From a virus (lineage: Duplodnaviria; Caudoviricetes): a stretch of DNA of 39,133 nt. This document shows, in pieces, positions 26,091 through 34,373 of the stretch (position 1 is its first letter; every line of letters begins with the position of its first letter). The stretch is from the IMG/VR virus record IMGVR_UViG_3300044738_000031, positions 1 to 39,133 of that record; one strand, written 5' to 3'. Below the pieces are notes generated by a model, which worked only from the letters and a program-made list of their open reading frames with translations, had not been told where the DNA came from and made no database searches. The position numbers and the translations under genes are program-made.

Positions 26091-26455
26091 GCCGCGGGCT
26101 CCTCGCCCCGCGCCGGCCGGTAGGTCTCGTAGATCGGCTCCCAGGTGTTCTTCGACGGGTTGACCGGCCGCCAGCTGACGATTCGCCGGCGCTCCTCGGC
26201 AGGTTCAACCACCTCGGGGAGCGGCAGCAGCCGGCGCACCCGGGCCAGCAGGTGCCCAGGGTAGGGCGGCCAGGACTCGGACCACTCGGCGATGAGGTCG
26301 CTCACCGCCAGGTCCAGCACCTCGGGGGCGATGTCGTCGAAGGCCCGCGCCCACTCCTCGAGCAGCTGCCTGGGCCAGTCGCGCCCGCCGACCTGGGGGA
26401 AGACGGTGCGAAGGCGGCCGATCGCCCGCCGGCGGGCAGCGTCCTGCTCGGTCAT
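26087..26455 (-). CDS. Helicase loader/inhibitor (G39P-like)
   Basis: WARAFDDI...AVSDLIAE...WPPYPGHL; downstream of initiator. Confidence 0.65.
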   Translation of the reverse strand: MTEQDAARRRAIGRLRTVFPQVGGRDWPRQLLEEWARAFDDIAPEVLDLAVSDLIAEWSESWPPYPGHLLARVRRLLPLPEVVEPAEERRRIVSWRPVNPSKNTWEPIYETYRPARGEEPAA

Positions 26456-26667
26456 CGCCGCCACCCGATCGAGCAGGAGCCTGTCCCAACCCTCTTGCGG
26501 AGCGCGCGCGCGCCCTGGGTAGACGTTCCGTGAGTGGGGTTGGGGTAAAGCTTTGTCCTACCTCTCCCTCTACCTCTCGCGAGCGCGCGCGAGGTCCCCG
26601 TTTTGTCCCGGGGACATTCGACGGGACGACTTCGGGACTGGAGCGGGACCTCGGCCCGGGACGTCAC
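26452..26667 (-). CDS. Basic 71-aa peptide spanning the putative origin
   Basis: GTGA overlap with initiator stop and ATGA overlap with loader start. Confidence 0.45.
   Translation of the reverse strand: MTSRAEVPLQSRSRPVECPRDKTGTSRALARGRGRGRTKLYPNPTHGTSTQGARALRKRVGTGSCSIGWRR
26594..26662. repeat. Iteron-like array, putative replication origin
   Basis: GGGAC at 26611, 26623, 26634, 26645, 26658; inverted GTCCC at 26594, 26605. Confidence 0.65.
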
Positions 26668-27005
26668 GCCTGCGTCCTCTCTCGGTAGGCGCGCTTGCGC
26701 TCCCGTTCGTAGGCACGCTTGCGCTCCCGTTCGGCGCGCAGTTCGACCGCCGCCTCCTGGTGATCCGACCAGTCGTGGATCTCCGAGCCGTCGCCGTTCG
26801 GGTGCCAGAGCCCGGCCGTCTCGAGCTCGCGCACGACCTTCTGGGTCGCCCCGAGCACGCGGTAAGCGGTGGCCGGGATGTGGCCGCCCGTCTCGTGGCG
26901 CGCCGCGTAGCCCCAGGACGACGTCACCACGCGGTAGGCCTGGTGGCTGAGACCCTGGAGCTTGGGGTGCGTCCAGAAGTCAGCCGAGAGCTTCAGCCAA
27001 TCCAT
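26664..27005 (-). CDS. Replication initiator, N-terminal domain only
   Basis: WLKLSADFWTHPK...TGGHIP...LETAGLW...IHDWSDHQ pattern of actinophage initiators. Confidence 0.75.
   Translation of the reverse strand: MDWLKLSADFWTHPKLQGLSHQAYRVVTSSWGYAARHETGGHIPATAYRVLGATQKVVRELETAGLWHPNGDGSEIHDWSDHQEAAVELRAERERKRAYERERKRAYRERTQA
26685..26732. repeat. 24-bp tandem duplication encoding ERERKRAY twice
   Basis: GTAGGC(G/A)CGCTTGCGCTCCCGTTC x2, one mismatch. Confidence 0.9.
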
Positions 27006-27048
27006 CTGCCTCGCGTCCCCCCTCGTGGTTTCTCGTTATGGGCCTGGC

Positions 27049-27303
27049 TCACCCAGGCCCCTCGGTGATCGGTCCGCCGCACGCTCCGCACAGCGGCCGG
27101 GTGTTGGCCTCCTCGAGCAGCTCGGCCAGGCGCTCGGCGTCGCCCACCAGCTCGGTGACCGCTCCGCGCGCCGCCTCGACGAGCGCCGGCCCCTCGCCGG
27201 CCAGCAGCCCGAGCTCGGCGAGCAACTGCTCGAGGCCGTCGAGGCAGACGGCCGCGACCTGCTCGGCCGAGGCGCCGGCGGGCAGCTGCGAGAGCACGCT
27301 CAC
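27049..27303 (-). CDS. Hypothetical protein
   Basis: GTG 27303; helical with terminal CGAC. Confidence 0.55.
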   Translation of the reverse strand: MSVLSQLPAGASAEQVAAVCLDGLEQLLAELGLLAGEGPALVEAARGAVTELVGDAERLAELLEEANTRPLCGACGGPITEGPG

Positions 27304-27470
27304 GCGGCACGCGTCCCGCCGGGGCGCGGATGGCGTTGGCGCGCAATCGCGTGGGCCAGCCCGAGGTGCTCCTTGACGAGCGCCGCGGTACGCTGGCCCC
27401 GAGTCTCGGTCGCGTGGCGACGGCCCCTCGGTCCGCCGGAGGGCCGTCTGCATGTCGGGCGCCGGTTCAC
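27300..27470 (-). CDS. 56-aa peptide with sigma region 2.1-like motif
   Basis: GTGA overlaps at both ends; ALVKEHLGLAHAIARQ. Confidence 0.45.
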   Translation of the reverse strand: MNRRPTCRRPSGGPRGRRHATETRGQRTAALVKEHLGLAHAIARQRHPRPGGTRAA

Positions 27471-28033
27471 GAGGCGTCCGCCTCGCGCGCCGCTTGGACC
27501 GCGGCGAAGTCGCCGGCGTCGCCACCGTGGTCGGGGTGCGTCGCCATGATGGCTTGGCGCACGCCACCGTGCTGGCGGATGAGCTCGCGGCCGCGCTCGG
27601 CCGGGGCACTCCCGTTGCCCGCCTCGAGGGCGAGAAAACCTCTGTACTGCTCGCCGGTGCGCGTCAGCCCGTAGCGGTCGATCCGCCGCAGGTCACCGAG
27701 CCCGAGCGCGATCGCGCGCAGATTCGAGTGCCAGTGCTCGAAGCGGTCGACGGCCAGGCGCACCGGGCCCCAGCGGCAGGTGAACGACACCGCGACGCCG
27801 GGGGAGCCCGGACGGGCGTGGGTCCGCGGCAGGCCGTCGCGGCGGATCTCCTCCTCGCTGAGGGCCAGCTCGATCACGACCGCCCGGGCGTCGAGCATGG
27901 CGAGCTCGTGGCGCAACTGGGCGATCGTGTCCTGGTAGCCGGCCTGGAACGGGCCCTTGGTCCGCTCCCACGACGCTGTCCGTGGCCCGGGCCAGGTGCC
28001 GAGCGGGCGGAAGCTGACCACCGGACCGCTCAC
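27467..28033 (-). CDS. Protein with C-terminal minimal J-domain
   Basis: THPDHGGDAGDFAAVQAARE. Confidence 0.8.
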   Translation of the reverse strand: MSGPVVSFRPLGTWPGPRTASWERTKGPFQAGYQDTIAQLRHELAMLDARAVVIELALSEEEIRRDGLPRTHARPGSPGVAVSFTCRWGPVRLAVDRFEHWHSNLRAIALGLGDLRRIDRYGLTRTGEQYRGFLALEAGNGSAPAERGRELIRQHGGVRQAIMATHPDHGGDAGDFAAVQAAREADAS

Positions 28034-28470
28034 GCCGCCGTCCGGTCAGTGCGCCGCGGCCCCGGTCGGTTCCCGGTCAGGCGAAAGATGGGCGGGTCGA
28101 CCGACTCGTCGAGGACGACCTCGCCGGTGTAGCGCAGGTTGAGCAGGATCTGCTTGATCCGCTGGCGCTCGGTGGGCGTCTCGACCCCGAGGGCGGCGTA
28201 GACCTCACGCCGCGTCGCCGGCAGGACAGCCCGAACGCGTCCGGTGACCCCGCTGCGCGCCCGCTTGCCGGCGCTCGGCCCGAGGTCCGCCGCCCGGCGC
28301 AGCGCGGCGACCGCGACCTCGGTCTTGGCGATGCGCGTGGCGGTCTGGGCGGCGAGCTTGCGCAGCTGGTCGAGCTTCTCGACGGCCGCGAGGTAGTCCG
28401 CTTCGGCGGCGGTGATCGCAACGTGGCGCACGCCGCCGCCGCCGCTTCCGTTCGCGCCTGGTTCGATCAC
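28030..28470 (-). CDS. Coiled-coil plus winged-helix-like protein
   Basis: Heptad N-terminal half; TRREVYAALG...ILLNLRYTGEV. Confidence 0.55.
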   Translation of the reverse strand: MIEPGANGSGGGGVRHVAITAAEADYLAAVEKLDQLRKLAAQTATRIAKTEVAVAALRRAADLGPSAGKRARSGVTGRVRAVLPATRREVYAALGVETPTERQRIKQILLNLRYTGEVVLDESVDPPIFRLTGNRPGPRRTDRTAA

Positions 28471-28715
28471 GCCGGCCTCGAGTAGCCGTGGAGCACGAGG
28501 CCCTCGGCGGGCCAGGCGAAGGTCCCGAGGTAGCGCCCCGCCGGCTGGCGGTCGCCCGTACAGGCCAGCGTCACGACCCAGGGCGCGTTGCCGGTGACGT
28601 ACCAGCACGCGGGCCGCCCTTCGGCGTCCAGGCCGACGCTCAGGATCTGCGCGGCCCGGATGACCACCTCGCGGGGCTCGAGGGGCTGCTTGTGGATCAG
28701 GCCGGGCCGGATCAC
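28467..28715 (-). CDS. Conserved small phage protein
   Basis: AQILSVG...TGD...RYLGTF...LVLH pattern; coupled overlaps. Confidence 0.6.
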   Translation of the reverse strand: MIRPGLIHKQPLEPREVVIRAAQILSVGLDAEGRPACWYVTGNAPWVVTLACTGDRQPAGRYLGTFAWPAEGLVLHGYSRPA

Positions 28716-29251
28716 GTCGCAGCCGATCTGGGGCTGCCAGAAACGCGGGGGGATGCAGAGCTACCCCCGGGCTTTCGGAGTGGCCCCTGTGCCGCGCTGC
28801 GCGAATCCTGGGCCGATCGCCGGTACAGGTAGGGAGCGCCCCGGCGGCCCTCGCCGCTCAAGTCGACGACGTGGTCCATGACGAGCTCTCGCAGGAGGTC
28901 GCCGACGCGTCGGCGTGATGCCCCGGTCCGGGCGGCCACCCCGTCGGCCGGGATGGGCTGCTCCGCTGGCCCAGGGAGCGCGGCGAGCAGGCGCTCACTG
29001 AGATCGGCGGCCGCGCCCTCCTGCGCGCCGATCAGGGCGTAGCAGACCGCCACCGCTGCCTCGGCGCGCGCGGAGGCCTCGCAGGCGTGGTCGGCCACCG
29101 GGTGCTGGCCGGGCACGTGGGCGCCGCGGCCGAGCCCGGCGGCGCGCGCTTGGGCCCGCGCCTCGCGGAAGGCCCGCGCGCCGGCGGCACCGACCGCCGC
29201 CGAGCAGGTCGGACAGTCGGGATTGCCGGTGTGGGTGCGCCGGCGCCTCAC
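28712..29251 (-). CDS. Hypothetical protein with C-terminal winged HTH
   Basis: CPTC; VAARTGASRRRVGDLLREL...PYLY. Confidence 0.55.
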   Translation of the reverse strand: MRRRRTHTGNPDCPTCSAAVGAAGARAFREARAQARAAGLGRGAHVPGQHPVADHACEASARAEAAVAVCYALIGAQEGAAADLSERLLAALPGPAEQPIPADGVAARTGASRRRVGDLLRELVMDHVVDLSGEGRRGAPYLYRRSAQDSRSAAQGPLRKPGGSSASPRVSGSPRSAAT

Positions 29252-29490
29252 GCGGGCAGCCCCCAGCGGCCGTTGGCGTCGCGCACCGCGCCCAGCTCGA
29301 CCAGGTGGCGGTGGACGAGCGGGCCCCAGCCCTGGCGGGGGAAGTGGTTGCGCCCGGCGCGGTCGGTGACGCCGTGCCTCAGCTCGACGCCGCTGATGAG
29401 GACCATGAGGCTGGACGGGCCGGCGGCGAGTCGCTCGCGGATGGTCCGGCGCACTTCGCGCGGGTCCAGGTAGAGGTCGCCGATGCTCAC
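29248..29490 (-). CDS. Hypothetical protein
   Basis: GAGGAG RBS; GTGA overlaps. Confidence 0.55.
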   Translation of the reverse strand: MSIGDLYLDPREVRRTIRERLAAGPSSLMVLISGVELRHGVTDRAGRNHFPRQGWGPLVHRHLVELGAVRDANGRWGLPA

Positions 29491-29708
29491 GCGCCCTCCT
29501 CGCCCAGCTCGAGCTGCACAGGTCGGCGCGCGGCTGCGGCCTGGCGCTGGCGCTCGCGCTCCACCCGCCAGTAGGCCGCCGCGACGTGGCCGGCGCGCAA
29601 CTGCTCTTCGCCGGCGACGGTGTGCATCGCCTCTGAGCGCGTGAGGCCGCGGTCCATCGCCTCGAGCACGAGACCGTGGAGGCGCCGGCGGTGGCCCTCG
29701 GGGCTCAC
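29487..29708 (-). CDS. Hypothetical small protein
   Basis: GTGA overlaps. Confidence 0.55.
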   Translation of the reverse strand: MSPEGHRRRLHGLVLEAMDRGLTRSEAMHTVAGEEQLRAGHVAAAYWRVERERQRQAAAARRPVQLELGEEGA

Positions 29709-30214
29709 GCCTGCACCGCCTCGCGACGCGCCGCGGCCGCCTGGCGGTTGCGCTCGAGCACGCGCTGGCGGAACTCGGGGTCAGAGCGGTAGCGCCGGCG
29801 GAACCGCTCCCGGGCGTACGCGTTGCACGCCTCGCGGCAGGCATCGCAGCGGCACCCGCGGGCATAGGCCCCCCGCGTGCCGCACGGGGCCGCCGTCACG
29901 GCTCGGTGCTTGAGGTCGCAGTCGACGCACCGCTCCGGCGGACCGCCGGCCCCGCCCCAGGCGGTCGGCCTTCCGCAGTCGACGCAGGCGCCCCGGGCGC
30001 GCTCGTGCCGCGCGCGGTTCTCCCGCCCGGTCGGGTCGCGCAAGAGGTCGCCCACGTACGCCCGCGACACGCCAAGCGCCTCGGCGACCTCGCGTAGCAG
30101 GAGGCCATCGGCGCGCAGCGCATGGGCGCGCCGGGCCAGGCGCAGGCGAGCCGGCTCGTCCGGCGCCTCGGGGGGCAGGGGCGGAAGGGGGGCGGGAATG
30201 CCGCGCGGGCTCAT
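29705..30214 (-). CDS. HTH plus zinc-finger protein
   Basis: LREVAEALGVSRAYV; CVDC twice; YARGCRCDACRE. Confidence 0.7.
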   Translation of the reverse strand: MSPRGIPAPLPPLPPEAPDEPARLRLARRAHALRADGLLLREVAEALGVSRAYVGDLLRDPTGRENRARHERARGACVDCGRPTAWGGAGGPPERCVDCDLKHRAVTAAPCGTRGAYARGCRCDACREACNAYARERFRRRYRSDPEFRQRVLERNRQAAAARREAVQA

Positions 30215-30393
30215 GCCGCCTCCTCGAGCAGCTCCACGCCATGCCAGGGCCCCTGGCCCTCGGTCTCGCGTAGGCAGGGCCCGCACAGCAGGAGCCCGAG
30301 CAGCTCGTCACCGAACATCAGGCCGCCCTCGTTCTCGGGCTCGTCCCAGACGGCCACGACGGCATGCCCCCCCCCGCAGCGTTCGCACGTCAC
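30211..30393 (-). CDS. Small CxxC protein
   Basis: CERC...CGPC; coupled overlaps. Confidence 0.55.
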   Translation of the reverse strand: MTCERCGGGHAVVAVWDEPENEGGLMFGDELLGLLLCGPCLRETEGQGPWHGVELLEEAA

Positions 30394-30914
30394 GCCGCCA
30401 CCTCGCCGCGCCGGCACATCTCCCACACGGCCCGCGTGATGACCGCGGCGTCGCACGCGTCCTCGACCAGGTCGGGGTGCTCGACGATCGGCGCGGCGCC
30501 GAGCTCCTCGAGCGCGAACCTCGTCACCTCCTCCTTCGGGGCGCGGTAGGGGAGGCCGGCCTCCTTGCGCCACTCGGTCGGCCGCAGCGCCCACAGCTCG
30601 GCGTCGGGCCAGCGGCGCGAGGCGGCCTGGACCACCTGGCCGACGGCCATGCCGGCGATGATCCCGGTGAAGCCGCCCGGCCGCGTGAACGCCCACTCGA
30701 ACGCCACGACCGAGACGTCGTCGCCCGGGGCGATGGCGACCGCGTCAAGCGCCCGGCGGATCGTCTCCGGCTTGCCGACGTGCACCAGCCCGCGCGAGAT
30801 GCCGCCCGAGCGGATCCGCTCGCAGCCGCAGGCGAGGAGATGCCCCGTCTCGGTGCGGCTGACGGCCCACCCGAGACGCAGGGCAGAGGCGTCGATGCCG
30901 AGGATGAGGCTCAC
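30390..30914 (-). CDS. RuvC-like Holliday junction resolvase
   Basis: ILGIDAS...LGWAV, VAFE, PTEWRK, KEEV, DACDA. Confidence 0.85.
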   Translation of the reverse strand: MSLILGIDASALRLGWAVSRTETGHLLACGCERIRSGGISRGLVHVGKPETIRRALDAVAIAPGDDVSVVAFEWAFTRPGGFTGIIAGMAVGQVVQAASRRWPDAELWALRPTEWRKEAGLPYRAPKEEVTRFALEELGAAPIVEHPDLVEDACDAAVITRAVWEMCRRGEVAA

Positions 30915-31155
30915 CAGCCCATCCCCGTCCGCATGTGGTGAAGGCGCTCGGCCTCGCGACGCCGCGCCCACGCGACGCCGGAGGCCGAGCGGCGGATCAG
31001 GCCCGGCGGATGGTGGCGGGAAGCGCCGGCCTGCGCGGCGCTGAAAGGTCGGGCGCCATCTGTGCCCGCCCGCCCTCGGAAGCTCTCGCCGGTTACTCCC
31101 GCCCCGTCCATGGGGCGCGTGGCGGCTCCATCAGGCCCGGTCCGGGCCCTCGCGA

Positions 31156-31362
31156 CGGACACCACCACGACACCACGGTCTTGCGCGGAGGCCGCTTCCT
31201 CGCACAGGCTGAAGCCCATGCCGCTGCGGAAACCGCTCACTCATGGGGCCGGGGAGGGAGAATCCCAGTACTGCCCATCTCCCCGGCGGGGTCGTCGTTA
31301 GCAGGGCTTTCCTCCGTGGAGGGCCGATCGGCGGCCCACCCGGACACCACCAGGACACCACG
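31156..31362 (+). other. attP: core about 31261-31277 with flanking arm-type sites
   Basis: AATCCCAGTACTGCCCA resembles the T-loop-to-acceptor 3' end of a tRNA (Val-like); 22-bp direct repeats at 31156-31177 and 31341-31362. Confidence 0.75.
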
Positions 31363-32394
31363 CCGAAGCGCCGCCAGGCGCCAGGCGGGCTCGTCGAGCA
31401 GCACGTGCGAGTAGGTGTCGTGCGTGGTCGACTGCTTGGCGTGGCCCGAGATCTGGATCACCAGGGGCATCGGGATCCCGGCCAGCACCATCAGGCTGAT
31501 GTGCCGGTGGCGCAGCTCGTGCGGGCTGTAGTGGGCGACCCCGGCGTTGCGGCAGGCGATCGCCAGCGCGCGACGCACGCCTGAGTCGGTCAGCCCGCCG
31601 AGCACCCGCCGCCCGGGTGCGCGGTCCTCGAGCGGGCAGGTGTCGGCGATGCGCTCCGGCCAGTCCTCGACGAGCGGGATGAAGCGCCGCGCGGCGTTGG
31701 TCTTGCCGCCCCAGGGAACCCGCAGGCGCCGGCCGGCGAGGTCGACGTCGCCCCAGGTGAGCGCCACGGCCTCGGAGATCCGCATGCCGGTCCGCTCGAT
31801 CAGCTCGAGGGCGAAGCGGTACCTGGACGAGACCTCGCGCGCGATCGCCATGAAGTCGGCGTAGCTCGGCGGGGCGACCTCGGCGTCGTCGAGCTGCGGG
31901 AGCTTCACGGTGGGGTGGCGCGCCGGATTCGGCAGGGGGTAGGGCAGGTCGTCGAGCGCCTGGCGGACGACCGACACGTAGGACGCCACCGTCGCCGGCG
32001 CAAGCTCCTGGGCGATCGCCCTGACCCAGGCCTGGACGTGCGCCGGTCGGATCGTCAGCACGTCGCGCTCGCCCAGCTCGCCGAGGCGCTTGCGGGCCTT
32101 GCGGTACTGCCTGCGCGCGGAGTCGCCGACGTCGATGCGCCCGGTCTCCATCTCCTCGATCGCCACGGCCAGGGTCCGGACGTCCGCCGGCGCCTCGAGC
32201 GCGTGCAGGTCCGGCACGCGCATGGCCGCCAGCTCGCCGGCCACCCAGCGCCGGCGCGCCTCGGCCTCCCGCTTGGTCTCGAAGGTGCCGCCCGAGAGCG
32301 GGCGCGCCTCACGCCCGCCGAGCCGGTAGCGCACCTGCCAGTGGACCTCGCCGGCGGCCGTCGTGCGCTTCACGATGAAGACGCTCGGGCTCAC
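31237..32394 (-). CDS. int: Tyrosine integrase
   Basis: TGMRISEA, KT, HELRH, SGH, THDTY catalytic motifs. Confidence 0.95.
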   Translation of the reverse strand: MSPSVFIVKRTTAAGEVHWQVRYRLGGREARPLSGGTFETKREAEARRRWVAGELAAMRVPDLHALEAPADVRTLAVAIEEMETGRIDVGDSARRQYRKARKRLGELGERDVLTIRPAHVQAWVRAIAQELAPATVASYVSVVRQALDDLPYPLPNPARHPTVKLPQLDDAEVAPPSYADFMAIAREVSSRYRFALELIERTGMRISEAVALTWGDVDLAGRRLRVPWGGKTNAARRFIPLVEDWPERIADTCPLEDRAPGRRVLGGLTDSGVRRALAIACRNAGVAHYSPHELRHRHISLMVLAGIPMPLVIQISGHAKQSTTHDTYSHVLLDEPAWRLAALRRGVLVVSGWAADRPSTEESPANDDPAGEMGSTGILPPRPHE

Positions 32395-32588
32395 CTGCGC
32401 GCGTCCGGGTAGGGGTCGACGCGCGCGATCAGCGTGCCCTCGTCGTCGTACAGGTACTCGACCTCGCGCACTACGCCTGCCTGGTCACGGCCGTCGCCCT
32501 CGACCGCGATGACCCGCGTGATCGTCTCCCGCCAGCAGCGGCGCACGCGCGGCTGGCGCGCGATCTGCTCCTCGTGTGCACGGCTCAC
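32391..32588 (-). CDS. Hypothetical protein
   Basis: GTGA overlaps. Confidence 0.55.
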   Translation of the reverse strand: MSRAHEEQIARQPRVRRCWRETITRVIAVEGDGRDQAGVVREVEYLYDDEGTLIARVDPYPDARR

Positions 32589-32800
32589 GCGACGCTCCTC
32601 ACGCGCTGGCCGGGCTGGAAGGTGCGCGCCGCCAGGTACTCCTCGAGGTCCTGGCGGCGCACATACACCTTCCGGGACCCCTCGAGCGCCACGATCGGCA
32701 GGCGCTCGAAGACGCGGTCGATGTCGACGCGCGCCAGACCATAGTGCTCGCGTACGGCGGTGCGGTCGAGGTGGCGCGGGATGTCAGCCGGCTCGGACAC
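32585..32800 (-). CDS. Excisionase-like winged-helix protein
   Basis: 71 aa near int; LDRTAVREHYG...SRKVYVRRQDLEEYL. Confidence 0.65.
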   Translation of the reverse strand: MSEPADIPRHLDRTAVREHYGLARVDIDRVFERLPIVALEGSRKVYVRRQDLEEYLAARTFQPGQRVRSVA

Positions 32801-32802
32801 TG

Positions 32803-33138
32803 CTACTCGTCGCCCGCCTCGGGCCCGAGCGAGCGGTGGTTGATGGCGATGCGGTAGTCGCTGATCGCCTGCTCGGACTCCTCCTGCTTTCGCAGGCGGT
32901 GGCCGCGGCGGACGACGCGGGCGCCGAGGACCAGCACGTGGTCAACGCCGTCGACGGAGACCGTGACGGTGGCCTCGGCGCCGAGCTTCAGCGCCTCGAC
33001 CAGCTCGCGGTCGTCGGAGCCGACCAGGTCGATCTCGTAGGCGCCGACGAAGGCCAGGCGGGCGCGCGGGATCTTGTAGCCCTCGAAGTGCGGCAGGCGC
33101 ATCTGCGCCGAGGCGGCGGGTGAGGCGGCGGTGCTCAT
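32803..33138 (-). CDS. Hypothetical protein
   Basis: GGAGGAGG RBS, ATG 33138. Confidence 0.6.
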   Translation of the reverse strand: MSTAASPAASAQMRLPHFEGYKIPRARLAFVGAYEIDLVGSDDRELVEALKLGAEATVTVSVDGVDHVLVLGARVVRRGHRLRKQEESEQAISDYRIAINHRSLGPEAGDE

Positions 33139-33374
33139 GCGGCCTCCTCCCCCTCGACCCGGGTGAAGTCGAGGTAGTAGTCCGCGCCGGTCTCGAACTG
33201 CACGCTGGCGTCGGGGTTCGCGATGAACATCTGGAGCGTCCCGCTGGGCGTCGCCGCGGCCCACTCGGCGTTCACCCCACCGCCCTTCTCGTACACCGCG
33301 CCGAAGCTGACGGTCTCACCGTCCTCGCTCGTCCGGATCTTGCTGTAGCAGCGGAACTTGGCTCGCACGCTCAT
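33135..33374 (-). CDS. Conserved small phage protein
   Basis: VRAKFRC...NAEWAAATPSG...YYLDFT. Confidence 0.7.
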   Translation of the reverse strand: MSVRAKFRCYSKIRTSEDGETVSFGAVYEKGGGVNAEWAAATPSGTLQMFIANPDASVQFETGADYYLDFTRVEGEEAA

Positions 33375-33640
33375 GAGGCGTCTCCTGACGTCGTGGTGGC
33401 CGGCGCCTTCGGCCGGCGGTGGCGGTCGCGGTTCGGGCAGGTCGCGAAGTGGCTCACGTGCATGCCAGGCCCGGCCTCGTGGCGACCCAGCACGCTGGCG
33501 GTGATCTCGCCCCTGGCGTTGCGGCCGAGACGGACGTTCCCGTTGTCGACCGGCTGAGGGTCGATCGGGATCGGCTTGCCCGAGGCGGTGCTGATGGCCC
33601 AGAGGATCCCGGCGCCGCAGCTGCGACAGCGGGCGGCCAT
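33371..33640 (-). CDS. Small zinc-binding protein
   Basis: CRSCGAGILW...SHFATCP. Confidence 0.7.
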   Translation of the reverse strand: MAARCRSCGAGILWAISTASGKPIPIDPQPVDNGNVRLGRNARGEITASVLGRHEAGPGMHVSHFATCPNRDRHRRPKAPATTTSGDAS

Positions 33641-33909
33641 CAGCCCCGTCCCGCCGGCATCGGGGCGAACATGAGCTCCTTGCCGTTGGCCCGGAAGATG
33701 GCGCGCAGGTGGATGAACAGATCCGCGATCGCCTCGGAGTCGTCCTCGTAGCCGTGCATCTGGAGGCCACCGCGCTCCTCGTCCTGCAGGAAGACGATCG
33801 CCTTCTCGGAGCCGCGCTCCGGGTGCGCCTCGAGGGCGTCGGTCATCGCGGCGCAGAGGCGCGTCAGCCGGTCGTGCGGCTCGGTGCTGCGGATGGTCTC
33901 GTCGCTCAC
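33640..33909 (-). CDS. Hypothetical protein
   Basis: Coupled overlaps; globular composition. Confidence 0.6.
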   Translation of the reverse strand: MSDETIRSTEPHDRLTRLCAAMTDALEAHPERGSEKAIVFLQDEERGGLQMHGYEDDSEAIADLFIHLRAIFRANGKELMFAPMPAGRG

Positions 33910-34373
33910 GGGCGACACTGCCACTCGCGCCACCCGTCCCGGGCCACCACCCGCGCCGCGGCCAGCGCGTTGACGTAGGGCGAGTACGGGTCGAGGCCAG
34001 CCACGGCAAAGAACGGCGATCGCGCGCGGAAGCCGGCGCCGAGCTGGAAGAGCCCCAGGTGCTGACCGTTGCGCGCGATCGGCTGCCACCGGGCCTCGCA
34101 GTAGCTCACGGCGACGAGCTCCCGGCGCGACACCCCGTAGACGACGGAGGCGAGCGTCAGCGCCTCGGCGACCTGGTCGCGGCGGAGCGCGTGGCGCAGC
34201 CGACGGATCTCGCGCCGGTAGGTCGCGGCCTCACGGCCGTGGTCGGCGCGCTCGGAGGCCAGCTGAGCGCGCAGCTGCGTCGACGTCGGGCCGCCGTCCG
34301 GCGCCGCACCGGCGGCGATCGCCAGGACGCCGCAGACGCCGGCCAGGGCGAGCCAGGTGCGCGGTCGGCTCAC
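33906..34373 (-). CDS. Secreted lysozyme-fold lytic transglycosylase
   Basis: Signal peptide, coiled coil, CEARWQPIARN, GLFQ, NALAAA, GWREWQC. Confidence 0.8.
   Translation of the reverse strand: MSRPRTWLALAGVCGVLAIAAGAAPDGGPTSTQLRAQLASERADHGREAATYRREIRRLRHALRRDQVAEALTLASVVYGVSRRELVAVSYCEARWQPIARNGQHLGLFQLGAGFRARSPFFAVAGLDPYSPYVNALAAARVVARDGWREWQCRP

Noticed and set aside
26594-26732. CRISPR-like array
   Set aside because: Repeats are 5 bp or a direct tandem pair with no spacers; no cas genes.
30367-30375. C9 homopolymer as phase-variation switch
   Set aside because: In frame, encodes Gly-Gly-Gly in a tiny gene; no evidence of variation from one sequence.
30911-31240. 109-aa ORF after integrase
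   Set aside because: Overlaps the attP arm region and has no protein-like features; not called, although translation cannot be excluded.
31261-31277. tRNA gene
   Set aside because: Only a 3' fragment; no D arm or anticodon arm upstream.
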